Part shown: positions 51,990-64,000 of the stretch, one piece after another | Layout of the letters: each line of letters begins with the position of its first letter | Position numbering within the stretch: the first letter of the stretch is position 1 | Assembly (NCBI GenBank): GCA_023920165.1 | Contig: CP089275.1 | Location: 4,030,001 to 4,094,000, forward strand | Direction of reading: 5' to 3' | DNA length: 64,000 bases | DNA from: Curvularia clavata | Taxonomy: Eukaryota | The notes under the pieces: model-generated | What the model saw: only the letters and a program-made list of their open reading frames with translations | Told to the model about the DNA's origin: nothing | The model's database searches: none | Translations under genes and position numbers: made by a program

Positions 51990-54900
51990 ATGGGGCGCTC
52001 ACCATCCCGATCCAGCGACGGCGGCGAAGCTGGACAGCAAGCCCGTGTCGAACCACGCCTCCTCAAGGCTGTAGAAGACCAAAAGCACGATGATGCCATT
52101 GCCATTATCGAGCATGCGAAAGCGAACGCGCAACCCGTCGATCACCTCTTGCGCATAGCCTTGATGCGCGCCGCCGAGCGTGGAAACATATACATAACCG
52201 AATATCTGCTCAAAAGTGGCGCAAAACCCGATGGAGCACCGGGAGGCAGGGTTTCACCCTTGTTCAAGGCAATCGAGAAAAACCATGTCGGGATCGTACA
52301 ACTACTGCTGAAGTTTGGGGGGAATGTCGATGCACAAGACAAGCAAGGACGAACAGTGCTCATGACGGCAGCATGGAAGAACCACTTTCATATCATGCAC
52401 GAACTGTTGAGGTGTGGCGCAGATGTCAACAAAAAAGACAACACTGGTCGCAACGTGCTGCACAATCTGGCCGCAGACAAGCATTGCAACTGGGGTCGCG
52501 ATGTCATCGCTGAGCTTCTCAAGCAAAACATTGCCATTGATGGGCCCGACGGCCAGGACGACCAGAAGCGCACTCCACTACATTGGGCGGCGAGCACTGG
52601 AAAGAAAGAGCTGTGTGAGATGCTGCTCAGGAGACCGCGGCTTCCTAGAGCCAACGTGAATGCAGTAGAAGTCAGACAGAAGACGGCGCTCCATCTCGCA
52701 GTCACACATGGGCGAGACGATATCATCGAGCTGCTGATCAAATACGGTGCAGATATAATGGCGAAGAGTGACGGATCCTGGACTCCCCTCCACAACGCTT
52801 GTGAGCAAGGTAGTGTCAAGGTGGTGAGAACACTACTGGCTGCTGGGGCGGATGTCAACTCGAAACTCTTAAATGGCATGACGCCCTTGCACGTAGCAGC
52901 CCAGGCCGGACACCTGGACGTAGTCAATTGTCTTTTGGAGAGAAATGACATCAAAAGAGCTGCCAAGGATGCATTCGGTATCACCCCATTCTTGCGAGCC
53001 GCCCAGAGCAAGAAGTCTGCGCGCAAGGACATCATCAACAGGTTGGCACCGCACAATCAGATCGAGGCACTTAACGAAGACGCGTTGGGTGCCACCAATG
53101 GCTTCCACGCCACTATTGTGGACTTTGGCAACTTCCATAACGAAAACAAAGTAACACGAAAGACTGTCTTTGAGCTGTTGTACAGCCGTGATCCGATCAA
53201 CCCAAGAAAGCCGGCAGTCAACATTCTGCCCAAGGAATCCAAGGCGACAAGCTTTAGGTGGATCCATCTTCCCGCAAACAACATGGCCTGGGTGGAGGCA
53301 CTACTGACAAAAGCATTCATCGAGGAGGGCGCTACTGACGTAGAGGAATTCAAGGCGTTAGAGCGGTCTTTCAACCATCAGCACCGTGGGCAGCAAATAC
53401 ACTCACACTTCATGCGACCGTTGTGTCAGAGCACACCTCGTGCGCCAAAACATCACGACGATTCAGATTTTTCTGACGGCGGTGACCCAGGGGTTCCACA
53501 GATCACTTTGAATAGCACGCACGGCCTAGGTATCGACTCGGGGGCCGGTATGCAAGATTCGGTATCGTCGCACTTTACCAGGACACCTGCGCGGACAGGG
53601 ACAGCCAGCACAGAACAAACAGATTGGACTGCTGGAACGGGATCAGGCCATACAACCGGCAAAGAAGGAAAAACCAAAACGAAAGAAAAGACTAAGAAAA
53701 CGCAGAAATGGGGCGGCTCAAAGCCAGCTGGCAAGCGGGCTGGAGGCACCGAAACACCTACCAGAGGACCCGAGCACCACGCAAAACGAACGCATACAAG
53801 CTCCTCCCTCACTTTCAGTGGCCACTTGAAGTCACCTGGCAGTCCAGGAAGGAAAGAGGCAGCGGCTGTGGCAAAAGGCAATCTTTTTGCCTTCATGCCC
53901 TATCTCCACTTTGAATCTGACCGCCGGCGACAGGAGATGCAGGCTGCAATCAAGAAAACGCAAATGATTAAAGGCTACGAAAAGAACGATACCCGAGGCA
54001 ATAAACCAGCCCCTCCGCGTGCCAAAACGTACGATGAGATGTTACTGCGTGCTCATTTGACCTCGTCACAAATTTCATTGCACGTTCGACGTACACTGGA
54101 TCAGTTCTTTTATCACAACATCGACACGCAGTCTCGTGATCGTGATCAGGTTGTTTATAGGTATCAGTGCAAGTCAAATGACCCCCACGTAGATCCGAAG
54201 ATCTTCATGGTTGATCAACTGTGGATGTGGACATTGGGCAAGGACTTGATCGTAACTGCTTTTCCCCAGCGATGGCAGCAGCCTCGAAACGACCCACTCA
54301 ATGTTCTTGATGGTATCATCGAAGATATTAACAGTAAGGCCAGAGATCCGGTACGCAATGTGTACGACCTGGCCGTGACTATTGCTGCAAGGTGCAGTGG
54401 TGTTTTCGACCGTCACCGTACTGGCGACGAGGACTATCAATTCCTTGATATGTTTGAGTCAAGCATCGGAGATGCCACAGAGATGGAGACGATATTATTC
54501 AAGGAGTTCAACACAGCTTCAGCGCAGGCATCAGCATGGCTACAACATCACCGTCGGCCCAATCGCTTCTCACGTCACCTTGAGGCGGAGGGAAGGCACA
54601 GAGAGCACCAAAATCGACGACATACACCACATCACACCCATGCACACGCTCTGACCGACCCTCCAATCCGCGAGGAAGAGCTTGACTATGACGATGGCGA
54701 CCGAACAACTGCCCATGCTCCATTGTTTGTCGATAAGCTACTTGACATCGGCGCTGAAACAGATCTCTTGGCCGAAATCAAGGATATTCGTGATGAGTTG
54801 AACATGATTGCCAAAGTGCTCGAGGATCAGCGCAGCGTGCTTCCAGACATGGAAGCTAGCATCACAGACATATATCGGGAAGAGCACAAGAATCAGCAGG

Positions 54901-55754
54901 ACCTTAAACGGCGGTTTAGAGATTTGCTCAAGACAATCGACACCCACATCAAGGATCTCGAGCGTATGGACAAGCAAGCCAAACGAATCTACGATTCCAT
55001 CACCGATCTGCTTGACCTCAAGCAGAAGCATGCCAACGCTTTCGAAGCACGTTTCGCTCGCGATCAAGCCGCAGGCACCGCGCGTCAAAGTCAGACAATC
55101 ATGGTGTTTACGATTGTTACAATCATCTTCCTTCCTTTGTCTTTCATCGCAGCCCTATTCACCATCAACATCCAAGAATTCCCACATCAGCCCGGCGACA
55201 GCGAACCTTCACTTCCAATGTCATATGTGGGTAAATATATGTTCGGAATCGGCTTCGCCATCTCCATCCCCTTCATCGCCATCGCCCTTTCCTTCGACGC
55301 CATTGGCGATTTCTTCCGTGAAGTCAAGCGCCGAATCCGCAACCGCAAAGCTCGCTCTCAGCCAGCTCGTGGTGACCACGACGATAATCTCATCGACCCT
55401 TACACAGGCATCGAGCGGTTTGACTACGGAGAAATCGACACTCGTACCATCGAGGAGGCACTTAGTCGTGGTCGTAGCGTAGCGTACCACCCCGACGGAC
55501 GCCGCAGCATCGAAAGCTATCTCAGCAGTGCACGAGCGAACAGATGGAATGACGGCGGCTCGTTGCTTCCCGTTGCGAGTCGCAGCACTACGAGAAGGAG
55601 CGGGGAAAAGGGCGGTGTCAGGATTAGTGCTGGTTTGAATGGGACTGGTATCGATGGCAGGCTCAGTGTGGACAGGGCGGAGCGACAGCCGCCAATTGAG
55701 CGTATCAGTACCGGCTTTAGGATGAGAAGTAGCGGGGACTTTCAACGTACTTGA
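51990..55754 (+). CDS. Ankyrin-repeat protein with C-terminal CorA-like domain
   Basis: Intronless 1254-aa ORF with ~8-9 ankyrin repeats (GRTVLMTAA, KRTPLHWAA, KTALHLAV, WTPLHNAC, GMTPLHVAA). Then RWIHLPANNMAWVE, FMPYLHFE, HVRRTLDQFFY, MVDQLWMW, LLDLKQKHAN, TM1 MVFTIVTIIFLPLSFIAALFTIN and TM2. Confidence 0.92.
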   Translation: MGRSPSRSSDGGEAGQQARVEPRLLKAVEDQKHDDAIAIIEHAKANAQPVDHLLRIALMRAAERGNIYITEYLLKSGAKPDGAPGGRVSPLFKAIEKNHVGIVQLLLKFGGNVDAQDKQGRTVLMTAAWKNHFHIMHELLRCGADVNKKDNTGRNVLHNLAADKHCNWGRDVIAELLKQNIAIDGPDGQDDQKRTPLHWAASTGKKELCEMLLRRPRLPRANVNAVEVRQKTALHLAVTHGRDDIIELLIKYGADIMAKSDGSWTPLHNACEQGSVKVVRTLLAAGADVNSKLLNGMTPLHVAAQAGHLDVVNCLLERNDIKRAAKDAFGITPFLRAAQSKKSARKDIINRLAPHNQIEALNEDALGATNGFHATIVDFGNFHNENKVTRKTVFELLYSRDPINPRKPAVNILPKESKATSFRWIHLPANNMAWVEALLTKAFIEEGATDVEEFKALERSFNHQHRGQQIHSHFMRPLCQSTPRAPKHHDDSDFSDGGDPGVPQITLNSTHGLGIDSGAGMQDSVSSHFTRTPARTGTASTEQTDWTAGTGSGHTTGKEGKTKTKEKTKKTQKWGGSKPAGKRAGGTETPTRGPEHHAKRTHTSSSLTFSGHLKSPGSPGRKEAAAVAKGNLFAFMPYLHFESDRRRQEMQAAIKKTQMIKGYEKNDTRGNKPAPPRAKTYDEMLLRAHLTSSQISLHVRRTLDQFFYHNIDTQSRDRDQVVYRYQCKSNDPHVDPKIFMVDQLWMWTLGKDLIVTAFPQRWQQPRNDPLNVLDGIIEDINSKARDPVRNVYDLAVTIAARCSGVFDRHRTGDEDYQFLDMFESSIGDATEMETILFKEFNTASAQASAWLQHHRRPNRFSRHLEAEGRHREHQNRRHTPHHTHAHALTDPPIREEELDYDDGDRTTAHAPLFVDKLLDIGAETDLLAEIKDIRDELNMIAKVLEDQRSVLPDMEASITDIYREEHKNQQDLKRRFRDLLKTIDTHIKDLERMDKQAKRIYDSITDLLDLKQKHANAFEARFARDQAAGTARQSQTIMVFTIVTIIFLPLSFIAALFTINIQEFPHQPGDSEPSLPMSYVGKYMFGIGFAISIPFIAIALSFDAIGDFFREVKRRIRNRKARSQPARGDHDDNLIDPYTGIERFDYGEIDTRTIEEALSRGRSVAYHPDGRRSIESYLSSARANRWNDGGSLLPVASRSTTRRSGEKGGVRISAGLNGTGIDGRLSVDRAERQPPIERISTGFRMRSSGDFQRT

Positions 55755-56055
55755 CGAGGATATAGGTTTGGAAATATGACGCGATTGAATTTTTTGGTTA
55801 TGTTGTTTAGTAGTTATAGATACCCTTTCTATTTGTTACTCATAAATGAAGTTGTGTTATATGACCTGAGCGATGCATGTTTCCCACGTACTCTTCAAAA
55901 TGAACATTACTGGGTATGTAATCTCATCACAGTACTAGTTAACATAGATTTACTATACTACCACTATCTATACTTGGGTCTTCAACATCTCGCTGACATC
56001 TCGTTCCGCACGATTTTTCACGTGACCTGGACAAAAAAAAAAGATCCACAAAAAA

Positions 56056-56174
56056 ACATACGACAGCGGGGATTCGCTAGTAGTCACCTACCTAGCTACT
56101 AGTCCGCCGGTCTCGAGCTTAAGTATGATTGATCGAACGGGGAATCCTGCTCTCTCGAGCCTATGGTCGTATGT
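56056..56174 (-). rRNA. Dispersed 5S rRNA gene (119 nt)
   Basis: Minus strand ACATACGACCATAGG..CCCGTTCGATCA..ACTTAAGC..TAGTAG..GGTGAC..AGCGAATCCC..TGTCGTATGT. The termini pair (helix I), an oligo-T Pol III terminator follows immediately, and the upstream sequence is AT-rich. Confidence 0.96.
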
Positions 56175-56358
56175 GCTAGATGTTGTAAATTATGATAATA
56201 TCTTGCCGTTGTGGGAGAAATGGCTAGAGCGATGGTTTTCTTATCAAACAAAAAAACATACATTGTTCACTACATATTAAAAATCTTACAGAACTGATGT
56301 ATCAGCCAGTCAATACGCTTGCAGATATTATTCCACTTACATGTCCGATATCCCATCC

Positions 56359-58239
56359 CTACACCCTTTCCCTATGCACCCATCCGTCCTTCTCTCCCTC
56401 AACCCCAACTCTACTCTTCCTCCTCTTCTCATCTCTTACATTACGACTCTGATCCAAGCTCTGCGCGAACTTCGACTTAGCCCTGATTTCCGGGCCCTTC
56501 CAATACACTATGTAAATGGGGATGGTGACGACAAACGCCAAGCAGGCGAGGATCGTCGAGGCGTACTGGAGGGGCCTGCCGGGGATATTTTTGTACAAGG
56601 GAGTAGAATATAGCGAGGCGATTCCCGCTAAGGCGTCGCGCGCGAGGTCATTGCCGCCAGTGGCGGAGGAGGCGTAGGGCCCATAGGCGGCGGTTTGGTA
56701 ATCGATGGAGGATTGGTAGATTGCGTACTGTGAAGACTTGCGTTAGCAGAAGAAAGAAGGTGGGGTAGATATGGAGCTGTACATTTGCCATTCCGACGAG
56801 GGCAGAAAAGATCATGGGTGCGATCCACGGGATACCGTAGTCTGGGCCTAGCGACGTCCATGCGAAGCCAAAGAGACCAATCGTTTCAAGCGGCGCGAGA
56901 AACAAAAGCCACCAGAGACGTGCTTCAGGTGCTACAGACCCGGGTCTTTCACGTCGTTGCTTGCGGAACTTGATGATGGATGGCATGTACGAGGCGTATG
57001 CGAGAAAGTAGCTGAGCAGGATGGGTATGAAGGCAAGGCCTGCACCGATGACGCCGAAGCCCCATTGCTCGTAGACGGGGCCGAAGGACTCGAGAAAAGT
57101 GAAGATCAGGGCATCGCTGAAGCCGCTGAGAAGAGAGAGCCAGAGCACGATGGGCTCGGTGAAGAACATGTAAAACGGCCTATTTGGGCGTCAGTATCAA
57201 GAAGCACTTGTTTGGGAACGTCACGTACCTCCAGAAGATCGTCCCAACTTCCTTAAGCGTAACCCTGTGCCCGCCACGGATCTCATTGGGACCGTAGATG
57301 TTGGGATCTTCTCCTGTTTTACGGCGTCGCTTAGCCTCGCGGTCCAACAGGATAGTCGCTCGAGTCTCTGGGTTGCAAACGAGATGGACGAGCTGGACGA
57401 AGCCACCGATAATCAGCTGGACCCAGAATATCCACTCTACTGACTTGTACCGTTCGACAAAAGCTCCGATGATAGCACCGACGACGCTGCCTCCGACTGA
57501 TGACAGTACCAAGAACGCAACGGCAAATTCTTGCTCATCTGGCTCCCACATATCCGCCAACACGCCCAGCGTCACCGAGCCTCCGGCCGTTGATAGGCCT
57601 CCAAGTGTGCGAAAGACAACATATGTTGCATAGTTTTTGGACAAGGCACATGGAATCTGCCAGAGATTGACGAGGAACAAACTCAGTTGCTGAATCGGCC
57701 AGCGCCCATACTCTTCTGACCACGGGGCCCAGAGTTCGCAGCCGACGCCGTAGGCAATGAGGAATAGCGCTTGAGGCACGCGTGCGGCCTGTTCGCTGAC
57801 GTTGTGCTCTTTTGAAACGGCTTTGACGGCGTGCGAGTACATGGATGCGTTGGTGTTGATTGTTATTTGGATGAAGAAGACTACGATGAGGATTTGCCTG
57901 TCATGGTCCTTAGTATCAGCCTTTGTATACTCAAAACTTTAACTCCTGACTTGAGCTTGATTTTCGGTGGCTATGAGATAGTTGACGCTTTTGTGCTGTA
58001 CCACATCGTCTCGAGCAATACAGCAAGGCAGTAACCAAACAGAACCCAACTCACCATTTGCGCCAAGTAGGAAAAGAATACCCAAGCTTGTCCCAAGCAT
58101 CACTATCCTGGAGCTCAACTTTATTCTCCTTGATGATTCGATCCGTCTTCTCCTGGTCCAGCTCTTCGCCCTGACCGTAGTTGGGATCGCGCTCCGTATC
58201 CGGCACAGCAGTCGGTTTTCCATTCTCCACAGTCGCCAT
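56359..58239 (-). CDS. MFS multidrug transporter (DHA1-like)
   Basis: LGYSFPTWRKW, LWAPWSEEYGRWP, PETR..ILL, FFTEPIV, PEARLWWL, YGPYASSATGGN..RD, GPEIRAKSKFA; three introns. Confidence 0.94.
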
Positions 58240-59141
58240 GCTCAGAATGCTACGTGTGGACAGTACAACAGATATGTATTGTGAGAAGCGTGTACACAGA
58301 CAAACCGAATCAGACTGTTTAAGAGACCAAGGTCACACGAGGTTAAGAGGGTACAAATATATTCAAAAGCACTACCTCCCCTTTCAACTCAACTCCGCTG
58401 CTTTCCACCTCCACATCCCTCTACACACCCGTCACATTAGGCTGCCCGCGACAAGGCCCTGCCTCTGATGTCAAGACGCGTCCAGCTTTCTCTGGGGCAA
58501 GCTTCGCCCCGCCAATCTGAGGCTTGTTCTCTCCAGCCAAGGGCTTGTGTCTATACACAGCCAAGAATATGGCATGGGGCGATCATGGGCAAACGGTTGC
58601 TCATCGGCCGATGACAGGGCACAAGATATGCATGGGGCTTCTCGTGTGTGGTGCGGTTGTGTGTTGGGCCAAGACAAAGGATGAGGCATGGCGTCATTGG
58701 CGTTTTGTGCCGTGTGGTTGTAAGACATGGGGTTTGAACAGGATCGTCTTTACGCAATTCGGTATCCAATTGTGCCTTGTGTAAGTACTTTATGTCAGGT
58801 GTTGTGAGGTCATTCTTGTAATTTGTGTAGTGAGTTAGCATAGTGTAAGGGAGTTGGTGCGCCGTTCAGTAGTCTGGGGCCCCACAAACGTTGGCGGCTG
58901 GCGGCTGGCGGCTCACAGGCGCTTGTTGGCAGACAGGCGATCCAACGCCCAGGCTAACCGTGTAGAATTTAGCAACACTTGTCCTGCAAACTAAGGCTAT
59001 GAAGTGTAGGCATAACACTCAAATTTACATAAAATAATTACATGACTTGACTCGAGCCTTAGCTACCATTACGAGTCTGAATATAAAGTCTGATCTGGGG
59101 ACGATCGCGCTGCGAGTCCAAGCGGCCATCGCCGTATCGTG

Positions 59142-61375
59142 CTATCGACCCTGTGGGCCCAGGAGCAACGCTGCGATTGCATCCACGCAGGCATAAAATC
59201 TTTGGCCCACCTCTGGCTGTGCTAGGTAAGCCGACGTCTTCTCCTTAATGAGATCCTCGTGGCTCCATTCTTCCAGAGGTACGTCTTCCAAGCCCGTCAC
59301 ATCGAACCTAAAGTACTTCATCCAGTTCCGCTCCATGAGCGCAGCATGGTCGGCTTCAAACTTCTCTCCCCATCCCCTTGCCTCAGCCTTGCGATCCTCC
59401 ACACTGTTTGCCATTTCAGGAATTTCGCGGCTTCGATCAAGCCCGGTACCTGTGCCGACAGATACGATGATCATCATGTCATTAGCGTACCGAAATAGCT
59501 TTCGGCATTCATATAGAATATCGCGCACAGGGTTGTTCTTGGTAGTGCCGTGATCCACGAGCCCCTTCTCGATGACAAAGCGTTGTGGAACGGCTTTCTC
59601 CGAGTGGACATATCTTGGAGCTGCCGAAGTCGCTTTCATGGTTTGCCATATGGGCATGTCTGGCTCCAAGTCTGGGCCTGTGATGCGCCGTGTTTGGTAA
59701 GATCGTATCAGTGCTGCTCGATTAGTACCTGTTCTTGTTAGCAAGGCCGCTACAGGGGCAAGTGTCATAAAAATGCATACCAATGTCCATTTGCGTTGTG
59801 ATGACAAAACTGCGTACAATATTAGCTATTGTCATGAACAGACAGAGCCCTATCTTACACATCACCCGAGTCTGGTCGTCCATCAAGCAGGACTTCATCT
59901 GGATTACCAAGCTCTTGTTGAACGACGCTCTTGATGACGTTTTCGAGCGCGCTGTCATCTACACTTCGCACTTGCGCATGGGGGTCCAAGTACTTGAAAT
60001 AGTCTCTCTTGTTGGCAAAAATCTGCTTCGCAATCTGCTTGTAGGCTTCCCTGGCTCGATGGGCTTGCATGCGAAGTCGACATAGCATGACGGCTATGAT
60101 ACCTCCTAGAGAGCATCCTCCAGTCAGGTCAAATATCTGGTGGCTGTCTAAGCGCTGGCCGACCTTGACACAAATTGCGTTAACGAGAGATTCGACCAAG
60201 AGCAAGGCAGACAGTCCTCTGATACCGTCGCCGTCAATTGAGAGCAGAATCTTAGTTTCCCTACTGCGCGAAAGAATTGGCTGAGCTGGCGCTACTGGGG
60301 GAGGTAGTGGATCTTTAAGCGCAGGATCACATGGAACATCAGTACGCTGTGGAGGTGATGGGAGGCCATTGGCGTGGTTAGCATGAACACTGCTTATTGG
60401 GGGGATCTGAGCATATTTGGCAGGTGCAGCAGGCGCCTGGGTGACACCATTCAGTGCTACGGGTGGATTTCCATAGGGAGATGCATAAGCAGTGACAGTG
60501 GTTGCTGATGATGGGGTACTGAGGTCGCGCGGTGAGGCTGAAACACCATGCTCAACCACAGTTAATGGCGACGGAGCCACCGGATCGGCCACAGGCTGCT
60601 GGGCCGCTACTGGGGGAGGTTGATGATGATGCGCGTAGGCTGGAGGCAGTAGAGGCGGGCCAGTTGAAGGAGGTGGAGACGGCCATGGATAGTATTTCGA
60701 GTAAGGATCCCGGATGAGTCGCGTCTCAGCTTCTTCAGCAACGCGTCGAATGTCCGGGTCTTGGGCTTTGCTATGCCACGTTAGGAGAGCACGCGAGGGC
60801 AATGGGCGAAAGGCGCGACGTACTATTTGACGTAGCTGACATCCCACGGCTCCCAGCGGCCAGACAGGAGAAACTGTATCGAGGACGGATAAGCGGGGTC
60901 GTGGAAGTAGTGGGTGCCCTCTACTGGCGAGTATCGCACACAGCTGAAGTCGACCAGAGTCCACGTCATGCCGGTGCTCATGTGTACTGTGTGGTGGTTG
61001 AGCTTTGTAGCGTCAATGTCAGACTCGGAGTACAAGCAGCCCTCCTCTGCTCTCAAGTAAGAATAGCGGTGGGCCGAACGACCTGTCGAGAGACATGCAG
61101 TAAGACACTAGGTGCCAGACCGTTAATCAACAAGAATCAACCGTACAGAGGGCGCATGTATGGCCAATGGCAAGGCGTGACGCGGGCCGGGGGCAAGGTA
61201 TGTGCAGCGCCAGCTCGTCTAATGGTGATGGCATGGGAAGCGAGTGCCGCCGCGTTTGACCGATCAGATACGCTGTTGGGCGATGGCACTCGGCAAATGG
61301 CATGGGTAATGACATGGTGAGGCTGGGGCTTTTATCGTGCCTAGCTTGTTCCCGCGTCCGCCTTTGCCGGTTCAT
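59142..61375 (-). CDS. Patatin-like phospholipase with unknown N-terminal domain (start 61375 or 61315)
   Basis: Spliced model ..WEPWDVSYVKY|KAQDPD.., Pro-rich linker, LLSIDGDGIRGLS, FDLTGGCSLGG (GxSxG), IWQTMKATSAAP, VDHG..NNP, VSVGTG, YFRFDV. Confidence 0.88.
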
Positions 61376-63469
61376 GGCCGAGGATCAGGGCTGAAACGGT
61401 ATTACGAGATGGACGAGATGGACGAGACGGACGAGACGGTCGGCTGCATTGCCCTTGAGATAGCCGTCGACGACGGTGACAGCAGCCGATGTTTTGATGA
61501 CAGGAGACGGATAATAGCAGACGGCCTAGTGCGAGTGGGTGGGCGGCGTTGACCAGGGGCCACGCCCCCGCGGCCCGTAGCCGTACCGGGACTTCGGTTA
61601 GCCCCCTCACGACCGTTGTGCTGTCCGTCTATCGCTCGATTCTTTTTTTTTTACCGCGATCCAGCTCGTCTATGCACCACGGCAGTCTCAGTATAAGACT
61701 TTGCTCGCATCGTATCGAATGCGTACTGTGAGCGATGTAGCGACGGCCATCCGTCTCAAATTGGGCATGTGAAGCCCCGACGCAGCTCTGCAGCCGACAC
61801 TTCCTCTGCACGGTTGACACATATTGCACAACTGCAATGTTCTTTACTTTTATTCTAGGATCACAGCAAAGACCGCTTGTTCGTCTGTGATTATTCTACT
61901 ATAGAAATTCTCCGTGACGAGGCCACAGAACTTGGCCCCTGTTGACTCCAGTCGTGCACTGATGGGGTTCCGTAGAGCCAATCGCGTTACTTGGCTCCTT
62001 TAACAACGAGCACTCCACCATAGAGTCATGTCCACCGTTGCACGACGAAACAACACAACAACGCCCTCCGGATGCGCTGTCGCACTCACTCCAAGACCAG
62101 TAAGAGTCAGGGGGAAGCGAGCGTTTCCCGTTGTAGACATGCTACTGCACCACGCTGACGGCTACTCGACAGAAAACAGGGCGAAACTTCAGCCATGACT
62201 GGGAATAGGAAAATTACTTGCAGGAGGACGTGGTAGCTACGGGAAGGATTGCCGACAATGACGACAAAAAAACAAAGCTCAACGCCTGGCGGCACGCGAC
62301 TCAGTACCTCAGGTCTAGTTGTTTTATACGCACAACACCGGGACTACGCTGCTTTCGCAATCGTCTGTGCAGAAAAGTGGCCCTCGATGTCTCTACTTGT
62401 TCACATTGGCAGGGAATCAGGCCATCCAAATCCTAGCCTAGTAGGCACAGAGAGGATTCAATGCGGAAAGCAAGCCGACTGTCCTGATGGAACACAGTGT
62501 TGCCGGATCACGGACTGGTTCTGGATCTCTTAGCAAGGCAATAGCTGAATGTTTCAGTGTAGTAAAATGTCACGTTATCAAGCATACGGAATATCTGCTG
62601 ATAGAGTTCAGCAAGACGGAGAATGCTTTTTCCTTGATACTACTTCAGTAGCTGCTTTTTCACGATTCCTGGTGGTTGATCTGTGTTTGAAGTCCACACT
62701 TCCATATTCAGCTCCTCGATAACCAATTATGACGCCGTAAGGAATAAAGGCGTAGAACCGGAGGCATTCTGTAGTGGACGTGTTGGGTTTCTTTTCCTAC
62801 AAAGGATATACTGAAACACCATGAATAGCGTTCAAGGCGTCGTATTCAACTGACCGCGCAGTTCCGCTCATCAAATATCTCATGGCACTTGAAGCGAATC
62901 TCTGAACATGAATTGCTAGGAGATTAAGCTCCAGCCATACGATCCAACGCCAGGAAGATATTCGTCAATATATTTATTGGAACACCGGTGTAAGCCCTAC
63001 CATGCATAGGGTGCTGGGTCCAAGTGTGAGTGAAATAAACATGGGGAAACTATCCAGACGTTGCCGTTGTCACTGTTATTTGTTAATGCTGATAGCCTGT
63101 CTTTGTCGGTGAATTCATTTTGACTTTTCGATTTTTCTGGCTGTGGGAGAGGCAAAAGAATACCCAAAATGCGAGAATCATCACTAGAGGTACCCATCTC
63201 CAAGGAGTTCAAGGCGTCACTTGACCAGGATAAAATCGGTACAGCATCTCATCCAGCACACCACAAATCCACTACACGTCCAGCGTTGGTTTTCGAAGCG
63301 TATTCATTTCTCGCCGAGTCAATTCGCTATGAAGACCCTAGCTCTATTCGTTCATACAGCCCATGCTCATTTCATGTCATGAGCTCCGAATCCCACAGAA
63401 GATGATGAACCATATGAAGGTGAACTCCGAACCAATTCGCATGCAGCACATTTTTCAGCCACTCATAAT

Positions 63470-64000
63470 CTATGCCTTCTCAGCAGCGGCGGCCTTGGCC
63501 TTGGCACCCCTGGGCTTTGATGGCTTGTCAGCCTTGACGGGCTTCTGGCTCTTGCGGATAGCGGAGGCCCTGGCAACGGCGTCCTTGCGGAGGTCGGGGC
63601 GGTAGTTGCGCTTGGTGGTGGAGTTGACAATGGCGGAGTAGGTCCTACGGCAATCAGCAAAAGTTCTTTAATACCTCAGGGTACCACGATTCCTAGGCTA
63701 CAAGGGTAGTGGGTCGGAGAGACGTACTTGCGGGTGGACTTGCTGGGGCCGAAGGTGGTGGTCTGGATGGCGGATGCGGGCTGGTGGTGCTTGTCGGCCT
63801 TCTTGATGAGAAGGGTGACACCGCCCTCCTTGCCGGGGATGACGCCGATGGCCTGGTTCACATTATCAACACCGTCTTCTATTTCATTCCGCGTTCGCGC
63901 TTGGCGCAACCGAAGATCGTGGTAGCCGTACCTTGTTGGCGATCGAGCCCTCGTTCTGCGCAGAGTCAGCGAATGCCCTCCAAAACTCAAAATCGCATGC
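63470..64000 (-). CDS. RPL28: 60S ribosomal protein eL28, 3' part (5' end outside window)
   Basis: Exons 63955-63932, 63852-63728 and 63644-63470 give NEGSIANK|AIGVIPGKEGGVTL..STRK|TYSAIVNSTTKRNYRPDLRKDAVARASAIRKSQ; YRPDL..A.ARASA is the eL28 signature. Confidence 0.93.

Noticed and set aside
60823..60826. Apparent premature stop in the patatin N-terminal exon (YVK*)
   Set aside because: The TAG overlaps a GTACGT donor; splicing gives TAC (Tyr) and restores the frame, so it is not a pseudogene.
51990..61375. Starship-like cargo impression (patatin, ankyrin genes)
   Set aside because: No tyrosine-recombinase captain or element boundaries seen, and the genes are interleaved with core genes. 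The 5S copy is intact, not split by an insertion.
61406..61443. 9-bp repeat GAGAYGGAC x ~4 (similar short repeats near 58893 and 18262)
   Set aside because: Ordinary microsatellite-like slippage with no spacers, so not CRISPR-like.

Overview
Eukaryotic DNA from a filamentous ascomycete. Short GT-AG introns with CTRAC branch points and a dispersed 5S rRNA gene support this; the protein sequences look Dothideomycete/Pleosporales-like, which is an impression only. The first ~11.7 kb has no convincing protein gene but contains a decayed tRNA-Leu-like sequence, a 3x ~55-bp repeat and orphan splice signals. The rest is gene-dense: a Myb-like hypothetical protein, sugar porter, NOP2, GET5, cofilin, HSP60, HTD2-like dehydratase, ZUFSP/Mug105-like peptidase, CWC2, an SDR, a hybrid histidine kinase, a GlcG/HbpS-like protein, a two-DTG aspartic-protease-like protein, an ankyrin-CorA-like fusion, 5S rRNA, a DHA1 MFS transporter, a patatin-like protein and the 3' part of RPL28. 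The best candidate for an undescribed system is an intact, co-oriented three-gene cassette at 27.7-35.1 kb between housekeeping genes. It encodes a 113-aa small protein, a CorA-like 2-TM protein lacking the GMN motif, and a non-RD kinase fused to a vWA domain. All gene models were spliced by eye and family calls come from motif recognition, not database searches.
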